From positions 1 through 40,380 of the forward strand of contig URYA01000001.1 in assembly GCA_900551975.1 (NCBI GenBank): 40,380 nucleotides of DNA. The letters are read 5' to 3'. The notes below the pieces were generated by a model that was not told where the DNA came from, ran no database searches, and was given only the letters and a program-made list of their open reading frames with translations. The position numbers and the translations under genes are program-made. Source of the stretch: an uncultured Collinsella sp. GTDB taxonomy: Bacteria > Actinomycetota > Coriobacteriia > Coriobacteriales > Coriobacteriaceae. This document shows, one piece after another, positions 27,203-34,939 of this stretch. Numbering within the stretch: position 1 is the stretch's first letter; every line of letters begins with the position of its first letter.

Positions 27203-29185
27203 ATGTCGAAGCAAGCGGTCGTTGGAATCTTGGCGCATGTCGATGCCGGCAAGACCACGCTGGCCGAGGCCATGCTGTTTAACGCGGGCCGCATTCGCAA
27301 GCGCGGCCGCGTTGACGATGGCGACTCGCATCTGGATACGAACGAGATTGAGCGTGAGCGCGGTATCACGATCTTCTCGTCGCAGGCTGTGCTCGACCAT
27401 GGTGACACCCACGTTATGCTCGTGGACGCTCCCGGCCATGTCGATTTTTCTGCCGAGGCGGAGCGCACGCTGCGTGCCCTGGACTACGCGATTCTGGTGG
27501 TAGGCGCCAACGATGGCGTACAGGGGCACACCGAAACCCTGTGGCGCCTGCTTGCGCGCTATGACATCCCGACGTTCATCTTCATCAACAAGATCGATTT
27601 GGAGAATCCCGGCCGCGATGTTTTGCTGGCACAGCTCGGGCAGCGTCTTTCCGAGGGCTGCCTGGATGCCAACGAACTGCTGGCGGGCGGCACCGTTCAG
27701 GAGGATGCTGCTGCGTTAGACGAGGCGGCGCTCGAGGAGTTTCTTGAGGCGGGTGAGCTTTCCTCCGCGACGCTGTCGCGCATGGTTGCTGAGCGCAAGC
27801 CCTGCTTTGCCGGGTCGGCGCTCAAGGACCAAGGTGTGGACGAGCTGTTGGATGGTATATGCGCGCTGATGCGCGAACAGGCGTGGCTCCCGGAGTTTGC
27901 CGCGCGCGTCTATCGTGTCAGCCAAGGTGTTCGCGGCGAGCGCTTGGCATGGGTTAAGGTGACCGGCGGCACGCTGCATGCCAAGCAGATGATTGCCGGA
28001 CGTTCCGGTGCCGAGGCATGGGAGCAGAAGGTCGATCAGGTACGCATCTATAACGGCGAGAAGTATGAGCTTGCCCAAGAAGTTGCTGCTGGCGGTATTT
28101 GCGCCGTGACGGGTCTTGCGCACGTTCGCCCGGGGGACGCCCTGGGCGCGGAGCCCGCGGGCGATGCGCCTGTCATTGCGCCGGTCCTCACCTATACGGT
28201 GCTTCCGGGCGAACACGATGTCCACGCGGTGTTCAAAGCGCTGACTGAGCTGGCGGACGAAGATCCCATGCTCGGCGTAAGCTGGAATACTCATCTGGAA
28301 CAGATTCACCTGCAGTTGATGGGCGCCGTGCAACTCGAGGTCGTGCAGCGCGTGCTGGCCGATCGTTTTGGCCTTGCGGTCGAGTTTGAGCCCGGCGGCA
28401 TTCTCTATAAGGAGACTATTTCGCAGCCGGTCGAGGGCGTGGGCCACTTTGAGCCACTGCGCCACTATGCCGAGGTGCATCTGCGCCTGGAGCCGTTGCC
28501 AGCGGGTTCGGGCGTGCAGTTTGGCACCGTGACCTCGACCGACGAGCTCGATCTTAACTGGCAGCGTTTGGCACTCACCAACGCCATGGAGCGCGACCAC
28601 TTGGGCGTGCTGACCGGCTCGCCCATCACCGATGTGTGCATTACGCTCACGGGCGGCCGCGCGCATGCCAAACACACCGAGGGCGGCGATTTTCGCCAGG
28701 CCACGTACCGCGCGATTCGCCAGGGGCTCATGCAGGCGCGTGAGGCCGGCGCGGCGGTGCTGCTGGAGCCGTGGTACCACTTTGAGCTTGAGGTGCCGGG
28801 GGAGTGCGTGGGCCGGGCGCTCTCGGATGCCACGCGCATGGGTGCCGAGTACGAGCCACCGACGATGGCGGGCGACCGGGCAAAGCTTGTGGGTCGCGTA
28901 CCGGCATCCGAGGTGCAGGATTATGCGCTGGAGGTGGCTGCCTACACGAGTGGTCGTGGGCATCTGTATCTAGAGTTCGCCGGCGATGCCGAGCGCGTCA
29001 TCGAGGCAGCCGCCTATGAGCCCGAGGCCGATCTGCCCAACACGCCCGACTCGGCCTTTTGCTTTCACGGCGCCGGCTACACGGTCAAATGGTACGACGT
29101 GCCCGCCGCGGCGCACGTAAAGATCGACCCCTCCACCTTCCGCCCCTGGCGAGCAGCAGACGCCGAGTTTTTCGGCCACATGTGA
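27203..29185 (+). CDS. EF-G/TetM-like translational GTPase of unknown function
   Basis: AHVDAGKTT, ERERGITI, DAPGHVDF, NKID, GHFEPLRHYAEV, HTEGGDFRQA, LLEP. Confidence 0.88.
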   Translation: MSKQAVVGILAHVDAGKTTLAEAMLFNAGRIRKRGRVDDGDSHLDTNEIERERGITIFSSQAVLDHGDTHVMLVDAPGHVDFSAEAERTLRALDYAILVVGANDGVQGHTETLWRLLARYDIPTFIFINKIDLENPGRDVLLAQLGQRLSEGCLDANELLAGGTVQEDAAALDEAALEEFLEAGELSSATLSRMVAERKPCFAGSALKDQGVDELLDGICALMREQAWLPEFAARVYRVSQGVRGERLAWVKVTGGTLHAKQMIAGRSGAEAWEQKVDQVRIYNGEKYELAQEVAAGGICAVTGLAHVRPGDALGAEPAGDAPVIAPVLTYTVLPGEHDVHAVFKALTELADEDPMLGVSWNTHLEQIHLQLMGAVQLEVVQRVLADRFGLAVEFEPGGILYKETISQPVEGVGHFEPLRHYAEVHLRLEPLPAGSGVQFGTVTSTDELDLNWQRLALTNAMERDHLGVLTGSPITDVCITLTGGRAHAKHTEGGDFRQATYRAIRQGLMQAREAGAAVLLEPWYHFELEVPGECVGRALSDATRMGAEYEPPTMAGDRAKLVGRVPASEVQDYALEVAAYTSGRGHLYLEFAGDAERVIEAAAYEPEADLPNTPDSAFCFHGAGYTVKWYDVPAAAHVKIDPSTFRPWRAADAEFFGHM

Positions 29186-29211
29186 CAAAGGGACAGTTCC
29201 TTTGTCACATG
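29179..29211 (+). repeat. GGGAC-core hairpin family (type A arms); contains the GTPase stop codon
   Basis: CATGTGACAA-AGGGACAGTTCCT-TTGTCACATG. Confidence 0.85.
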
Positions 29212-29214
29212 CTA

Positions 29215-29244
29215 TTGGTATAACTCGGTATAAGTTGGTATAAC
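29215..29244 (+). promoter_or_regulatory. Three tandem 10-bp direct repeats upstream of ATPase 1
   Basis: TTGGTATAAC TCGGTATAAG TTGGTATAAC. Confidence 0.7.
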
Positions 29245-29278
29245 TATTACCAGGGTTTGCCAATCCGAGGAGGCCGAC

Positions 29279-30397
29279 ATGAATCCAAATCCCTTTAAGC
29301 CCACGGCTGGCAAGCGGCCTCCGATACTCATCGGTCGCGAGTCGGTCATCGAAGATTTCGAGGAAGGGCTCGCTAACGGCGCCGGAGCGCCGGGCAGGTT
29401 CATGCTCATTACGGGGAACCGCGGCTGCGGCAAGACAGTTCTCCTGCGGGAGCTGCAACGTCTAGCCAGCGAGCGTGGATGGGCCGTTATCTCCGATTCC
29501 GCTTCGCTTGGCTTATGCGACCGCCTGGCCGATGCGCTTCGCTCGAATAAACCCGTTGTGACGTCAATGGAGTTCGGTCCGTCGTTTGGCCGGATGTCGG
29601 TCGAGGCGGCGCGAGCAAAGGGTGAAACGTTACGAGGGCTGGTCAACGAGCGCCTCAAGAAGCTCGGTCCAGGCAAGGGCATACTGTTTGCGATTGACGA
29701 GGCGCAATCGGCGTCTATCGAGGAACTGGCGGCTCTCGCCGTTCTCTATCAGCAAGTGCTCGGAGATCAGGATGCTACGGGATTGCCCGATAGCGACCAG
29801 CGCGGTCTTGCGCTGGTGTTCGCTGGATTGCCCAGTATGGTTGATGACTTGCTCGAAGAGCCGAGCGTGACGTTTTTGCGGCGTGCCCAGCAGCGTACGC
29901 TGGGGGCGATATCTTTGCCCAAGGTGCGCGATTCGTATATCCAGACGGTCAAAGACGCTGGTCTTTACGTTGACGCGGAGACGGCGGACCTTGCGGCACG
30001 CAAGAGCATGGGGCATCCCTATATGGTTCAGCTGGTGGGATATTACATGTGGCGGGCTGCTGTCCGGCATGGCTCTCAGGTCATTGAAGTGTGCGATGTC
30101 GAGGCTGGCTACGCCGATGCCGTCTCCGAGTTCTACGAAGCGGTTGACGCGCCTCTGTATTACGGGCTGCGCAGTCCACAGCGCCTCTTTATCGAGGCCA
30201 TGGCTGCTGACGAGGGCAAGCCGACGCGCATGGCGGATATCATTGAGCGCTGCGATCGCACTCAGAGCTGGGCGAGTAAATATCGTGCAAGCCTGATTCG
30301 CGAGCGTGTCATCGAGGCTGCCGGATACGGCCTCGTCCGGTTTACCGTGCCCATGCTGGGCGCGTACATTAGCGATCGCATTTTATGGCACGAGTAG
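29279..30397 (+). CDS. STAND-like AAA ATPase with C-terminal winged helix (ATPase 1)
   Basis: NPF...GRE, Walker A GNRGCGKT, Walker B FAIDE, GHPY motif. Confidence 0.85.
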   Translation: MNPNPFKPTAGKRPPILIGRESVIEDFEEGLANGAGAPGRFMLITGNRGCGKTVLLRELQRLASERGWAVISDSASLGLCDRLADALRSNKPVVTSMEFGPSFGRMSVEAARAKGETLRGLVNERLKKLGPGKGILFAIDEAQSASIEELAALAVLYQQVLGDQDATGLPDSDQRGLALVFAGLPSMVDDLLEEPSVTFLRRAQQRTLGAISLPKVRDSYIQTVKDAGLYVDAETADLAARKSMGHPYMVQLVGYYMWRAAVRHGSQVIEVCDVEAGYADAVSEFYEAVDAPLYYGLRSPQRLFIEAMAADEGKPTRMADIIERCDRTQSWASKYRASLIRERVIEAAGYGLVRFTVPMLGAYISDRILWHE

Positions 30398-30422
30398 GGT
30401 GATAAAGGTGACAGAACAGAAG

Positions 30423-32903
30423 ATGAGCCCGCAGGCTATCGAAGTGCGTGGAGCGCGTGTACACAACCTCAAGGACATTGATATCGATATTCCGCTGGGA
30501 AAGCTCGTGGGTATTGCCGGCGTGTCGGGTTCGGGCAAGAGCTCGCTGGCGCTGGGGGTTCTTTATGCCGAGGGCTCGCGCCGCTATCTGGAGGCGCTCA
30601 GCACCTATACCCGCCGTCGTCTGACGCAGGCCGAACATGCCCAGGTGGATGAGGTCTTGCACGTGCCGGCGGCGCTCGCGCTGCACCAGCGTCCGAGCGT
30701 GCCGGGCGTGCGCTCGACCTTTGGTACCATGACCGAGCTCAACAACAGCCTGCGTCTGCTCTTTAGCCGTTGCGCCCATCACGTGTGCCCGCATTGCGGG
30801 GCGCGTGTGGAACCGAGCCTTAACGTAGCTGCGGGCCTGTCGCTCACGTGTCCGACATGCGGCCGCGAGTTCTACGCGCCGAGTGCCGAGGATTTGGCTT
30901 TCAATAGCGGCGGCGCATGCCCCACCTGTGGCGGCACCGGTGTCATGCGCGAGGTGGACGAGGCGAGCCTGGTGCCCGACGAGTCAAAGACCATCAACGA
31001 GGGCGCAGTCCTTCCCTGGGGCACGCTCATGTGGGACCTGATGAAGCAGGTGGCCGGCGAGATGGGCGTGCGTACCGACGTGCCGTTTAACCAGCTCACG
31101 CCTCAAGAGCGCGACATCGTGTTTCATGGTCCAGCGGTTAAGAAGCACATTCTCTACGTTCCCAAAAACGGTGAGGGCGCCACGCCGCTCGACTTCACCT
31201 ATTACAACGCCGTCTATACCGTCGAGAATGCGCTCGCCAAGGTCAAGGACGATAAGGGCTTAAAACGCGTTGCGCGCTTTTTGCGCGAGGGAGCATGCCG
31301 CGATTGCGGCGGCACGCGTCTCTCCGAGGCTGCGCGCCAGCCCCAAGTGCGCGGTATCAATCTGACACAGGCGGCGGCCATGACGCTGGGCGAGGCGATT
31401 GAGTGGGTGCGCGGGGTGCCTACGTCCTTGCCGGCCGAGATGCAGCCCATGGCAGCGGATATCTGCGATTCATTTTTGAGCACGGCTCGTCGCCTGGTCG
31501 ACCTGGGTCTCGATTACCTTTCACTCGACCGCGCCGGTGCCACGCTTTCCACGGGTGAGCGCCAGCGTGTGCAGCTCGCCCGCGTGGTGCGCAACCGGTC
31601 GACGGGCGTGCTTTATGTGCTGGACGAGCCTTCGATTGGCTTGCATCCTGCCAATGTCGACGGCTTGGTGGGCGTGATGCGCGATCTGGTTGATGACGGC
31701 AACACCGTGGTTGTTGTCGACCACGATACGCGCGTACTGGCGGAAGCCGACTATCTGGTCGAGATGGGCCCCGTTGCCGGAGCAGGCGGCGGTAACGTGA
31801 TCGCTGCAGGCACGGTAGACGAGGTCGAGCAAGCGCGGGACAGCCGCATCGCTTCGTTTTTGCGTGCCGAGCCCAAGCGCTTGCGTTCACAGGTGGCTGA
31901 CGACGAAATGTTCGACCAGGGCCACATCCGCATGGCGACCGATACCATCCATACCGTCAAACCGCTCGAAGTCGATATCCCGCGCGGCCGCTTGGTCGCG
32001 GTGACGGGTGTTTCGGGTTCGGGTAAGACGACGTTGGTGCTCGAGACGCTCATCCCGGCGCTTAAGGCGCAGGCAGCTGGCGAGCGTCTGCCGGGGCACG
32101 TGCGTTGGGTCGATGCCGAGGGCATTGCCCGCGCCAACCTGATTGACGCTACGCCCATTGGCGCCAATGTTCGCTCGACGGTGGCAACTTATGCCGACAT
32201 CCATGACGAGCTGCGCCGCGCCTTTGCCCGTACGCCCGAGGCTAAGGCAGCTGGCTACAAGGCGGGCGCCTTTAGCTACAACACCGGCGCCTTGCGCTGC
32301 CCTACGTGCGACGGCACGGGCTCGATATCGCTCGACGTGCAGTTTTTGCCCGACGTCGAGATCGTCTGCCCGGCATGTCGCGGTTCGCGTTATGCGGACG
32401 CGGCTTCGCATATCCATCGTGAGGGCAAGGACGGGAGTCTGCTTACGTTGCCGCAGCTCATGGACATGAGTGTGGACGAGGCCCTCGACGCCACGGTGGG
32501 ACTCAAGAAGGTTCAGACGCGCTTGCAGACCTTGCACGACCTGGGCTTGGGCTATCTCACGCTCGGCGAGCCCACACCGGCGCTCTCGGGCGGCGAGGCT
32601 CAGCGCCTTAAGCTCGCGAGCGAGATGGGCCGCGTGCAGGACGATGCCGTATTCGTATTCGACGAGCCCACGATCGGCCTACATCCGCTCGATGTTCAGG
32701 TGTTGCTGAGTGTGTTCGACGGCCTTGTTGCCAAAGGCGCCACGGTTATCGTGATCGAGCACGATCTCGACCTTATCCGTAACGCCGATTACGTGATCGA
32801 CATGGGCCCGGGCGGTGGCGACGCCGGCGGGCAAATCGTCTGCGCCGGCACGCCGGGCGACATCGCAGCCTGCTCCAAGAGCATTACCGGCCGCTATCTA
32901 TAG
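30423..32903 (+). CDS. UvrA-like ABC ATPase (short, class II/DrrC-like; alternative start GTG 30408)
   Basis: GARVHNLK, two GVSGSGK(S/T), LSTGERQR and LSGGEAQR, several CxxC pairs. Confidence 0.9.
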   Translation: MSPQAIEVRGARVHNLKDIDIDIPLGKLVGIAGVSGSGKSSLALGVLYAEGSRRYLEALSTYTRRRLTQAEHAQVDEVLHVPAALALHQRPSVPGVRSTFGTMTELNNSLRLLFSRCAHHVCPHCGARVEPSLNVAAGLSLTCPTCGREFYAPSAEDLAFNSGGACPTCGGTGVMREVDEASLVPDESKTINEGAVLPWGTLMWDLMKQVAGEMGVRTDVPFNQLTPQERDIVFHGPAVKKHILYVPKNGEGATPLDFTYYNAVYTVENALAKVKDDKGLKRVARFLREGACRDCGGTRLSEAARQPQVRGINLTQAAAMTLGEAIEWVRGVPTSLPAEMQPMAADICDSFLSTARRLVDLGLDYLSLDRAGATLSTGERQRVQLARVVRNRSTGVLYVLDEPSIGLHPANVDGLVGVMRDLVDDGNTVVVVDHDTRVLAEADYLVEMGPVAGAGGGNVIAAGTVDEVEQARDSRIASFLRAEPKRLRSQVADDEMFDQGHIRMATDTIHTVKPLEVDIPRGRLVAVTGVSGSGKTTLVLETLIPALKAQAAGERLPGHVRWVDAEGIARANLIDATPIGANVRSTVATYADIHDELRRAFARTPEAKAAGYKAGAFSYNTGALRCPTCDGTGSISLDVQFLPDVEIVCPACRGSRYADAASHIHREGKDGSLLTLPQLMDMSVDEALDATVGLKKVQTRLQTLHDLGLGYLTLGEPTPALSGGEAQRLKLASEMGRVQDDAVFVFDEPTIGLHPLDVQVLLSVFDGLVAKGATVIVIEHDLDLIRNADYVIDMGPGGGDAGGQIVCAGTPGDIAACSKSITGRYL

Positions 32904-32904
32904 C

Positions 32905-32942
32905 CAATGTGACAAAGGGACAGCCCCTTTGCCTCATTGATG
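32905..32942 (+). repeat. GGGAC-core hairpin family: chimeric A/B copy
   Basis: CAATGTGACAA-AGGGACAGCCCCT-TTGCCTCATTGATG. Confidence 0.85.
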
Positions 32943-32943
32943 T

Positions 32944-34044
32944 CTATTTCACGCATTGAGCCGCGAGATAGTCGCGGAAGAATGGCAATTCAAATGCGAC
33001 GAGCCCTCGCCCTCGTTCCCCGATGATGCCGGCATCTATCATGCGGCGTCGGTAGCGGGAGACCTGCTGTGGCGAACGCTTAAGGCGCTCGACAAGGTCA
33101 GCGGTGGTGGACTCTTCCTCGTCATCGAGCATGGCGATGAGGAATCGCTTGTCCTCTGCAGTGAGTTCCCGATAGGTTGCCGCGAGGATTCGGTCGTCCA
33201 TCTCGTCGCGCGCGATTTTGATTCCCAGGTCAAAGTCGCGCGACGAGATTTCCTTCGAATCGCTTGTGAGATCCCAGGCACGGTAGCCTACGAGTTGCAA
33301 TAGGAAGGGAAAACCAGAGATCGAGCGAACGGCTCTATCGATTCCCTCGGCATCTGCCAGGCGATCGTTTTCCTGGATCGTGCGAATCAAGGCCTCGCGT
33401 ACGTCATAGTCGGCAATGCGACCCAGATGATATTGTTGGGCGCGGCGAAGGAACGAGACCGTCTTGTGGTTCAGCAACGTCGAGACGTTGTTGGGAAGTC
33501 CCGCCATGAGCAGTGCGACGCGTTTTCCATCGGTCACAAAGTGCTGATACGTCGCTGCGAGCTGAATCATCTCGTCGAGTGTCGGGTCCACCTCGTCAAC
33601 CGTGACGAGCAGACCGGTGCCCGCCTCGTTGAGCTGGTCGATGATGTCGCTCATGCGATAGCGCCAGGTTGAGGCATCGTGAACGCGATTGACCTCAATG
33701 CTGCCGAGCGGTGCAATTCCAAGCCCAGTGACTTCGAAGTTGTTAGACGGGTCGATGAGATGGCCGGCAGCACGTTTCGCCCCGAACTCGATTTCCTCAA
33801 GCATTCCCGAGAGCGCGGTCGTCTTTACGGCTATCCAGCCGTGGGATTCCGCCCTTGTCGCGAGCGACGACATGAGAGCGGTTTTACCGGTTCCACGCGC
33901 GCCTGAGAAAATCGAGGTCAATTCTGGGCGCCTGCGCTGGCTCAAGAAGGCACGGTCCAAATCCCGAATAATCTGTTGTCTGCCAGCGAGATGGGCAGGA
34001 ACCTCACCAAAACTGGGGGTAAACGGGTTCTCGAGATATTTCAC
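32944..34044 (-). CDS. STAND-like AAA ATPase with C-terminal winged helix (ATPase 2)
   Basis: NPFTP...GR, GARGTGKT, VTVDE, GFPF; AAAGGAG SD. Confidence 0.85.
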   Translation of the reverse strand: MKYLENPFTPSFGEVPAHLAGRQQIIRDLDRAFLSQRRRPELTSIFSGARGTGKTALMSSLATRAESHGWIAVKTTALSGMLEEIEFGAKRAAGHLIDPSNNFEVTGLGIAPLGSIEVNRVHDASTWRYRMSDIIDQLNEAGTGLLVTVDEVDPTLDEMIQLAATYQHFVTDGKRVALLMAGLPNNVSTLLNHKTVSFLRRAQQYHLGRIADYDVREALIRTIQENDRLADAEGIDRAVRSISGFPFLLQLVGYRAWDLTSDSKEISSRDFDLGIKIARDEMDDRILAATYRELTAEDKRFLIAMLDDEEESTTADLVERLKRSPQQVSRYRRRMIDAGIIGERGRGLVAFELPFFRDYLAAQCVK

Positions 34045-34124
34045 AAAGCTCTCCTTTCACATCGCCGTTTAATTTCATTTTATTTTAGTTAATTCTGATT
34101 AAAAGCAATGGTTCGTTATTTAGA

Positions 34125-34167
34125 GCATCAATGAGGCAAAGGGACAGCCCCTTTGCCTCATTGATGC
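34125..34167 (+). repeat. GGGAC-core hairpin family (type B arms)
   Basis: GCATCAATGAGGCAA-AGGGACAGCCCCT-TTGCCTCATTGATGC. Confidence 0.88.
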
Positions 34168-34204
34168 CAAAACCAGCTTGTCAAGAGCTAGAGGGTTTAA
34201 AAAA

Positions 34205-34234
34205 CTGCCATTTCTACCCCGTCCCTAATGGCAG
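34205..34234 (-). repeat. GGGAC-core hairpin family (could also terminate trmL)
   Basis: - strand CTGCCATT-AGGGACGGGGTAGA-AATGGCAG followed by T tract. Confidence 0.7.
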
Positions 34235-34239
34235 GTTTG

Positions 34240-34839
34240 TTACATTCCCGGAAAGCCTGTTTGGCGCAGAGCTTCGTAGAGGACGATGGCGGCGCTGTTG
34301 GATAGGTTGAGGGCGCTGATGCGGTAGTCGTCCGGATTGATGAAGTTGCCGCAGATATCCTGCTGGAGGATGGCCTCGTGGCTGTCCTCGGTATGCCCCA
34401 GCGATTCTTCGTGGGCTTCCCAAGCCTCGGCGTTATCGAGTGAGTCGCAATCGCGCAGCATGGGGATGCGCTCGCAGCGCTCGGGCGCCGCGGCGAGCAG
34501 CTCCTCGGGAATACCCGAGCTCTCGCTGCCAAAGACCAAGTAGTCGCCATCGCGGTAGGTACTCTGCGCATAGGTGCGGCGCGCCTTTTTGGTCAGCAGA
34601 TGCAGGCGTTCGTCGGCAGGGGAGAGACCATTGCGCGCAAGGAAATCCTCCCAGCTGGCATAGGTGGTCACGTCCAGGTTTTGCCAGTAGCCCAGGCCGG
34701 CGCGACGTACCGTCTTGTCGTCGAGCGAAAAGCCCAGTGGCTCCACCAGATGCAGACGGGCGCCGGTGACCACGCAGGTACGGCCGATATTGCCCGTATT
34801 GGCCGGAATCTCGGGCGCATACAGCACGATGTTGAACAT
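34240..34839 (-). CDS. trmL: tRNA (cytidine/uridine-34 2'-O)-methyltransferase TrmL, with insertion
   Basis: PEIPANTGNIGRTC, RRAGLGYW, VFGSESSG, RIPM, LNLSNSAAIVLYEALRQ. Confidence 0.93.
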   Translation of the reverse strand: MFNIVLYAPEIPANTGNIGRTCVVTGARLHLVEPLGFSLDDKTVRRAGLGYWQNLDVTTYASWEDFLARNGLSPADERLHLLTKKARRTYAQSTYRDGDYLVFGSESSGIPEELLAAAPERCERIPMLRDCDSLDNAEAWEAHEESLGHTEDSHEAILQQDICGNFINPDDYRISALNLSNSAAIVLYEALRQTGFPGM

Positions 34840-34862
34840 GAATCTCCTTGGCTCAGAACGAA

Positions 34863-34901
34863 AAACCACCACGAAGGGGACAGGCACCTTCGTGGTGGTT
34901 T
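34863..34901 (+). repeat. GGGAC-core hairpin family
   Basis: AAACCACCACGAA-GGGGACAGGCACC-TTCGTGGTGGTTT. Confidence 0.85.
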
Positions 34902-34939
34902 GGCGGTTACGTGGGCGGAAAATGCCCGCTTGGATAAAC

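Noticed and set aside
27203..29185. Tetracycline-resistance ribosomal protection gene
   Set aside because: Lacks the YSPVST loop of TetM/O/W (has HAKHTEGGDF instead), has host-like composition and no transposon context.
30423..32903. Canonical uvrA
   Set aside because: Shorter (~826 aa), appears to lack the UvrB-binding region, and no uvrB/uvrC nearby, so no symbol was given.
29179..34901. CRISPR array or classical integron
   Set aside because: Repeats are hundreds to thousands of bases apart with non-identical arms; no cas or intI gene and no attC RYYYAAC/GTTRRRY boxes noticed.
11191..34901. Strict strand bias of GGGAC cores
   Set aside because: The first copies found were all on +, but minus-strand copies exist at 23463, 34205 and in the 11191 doublet.
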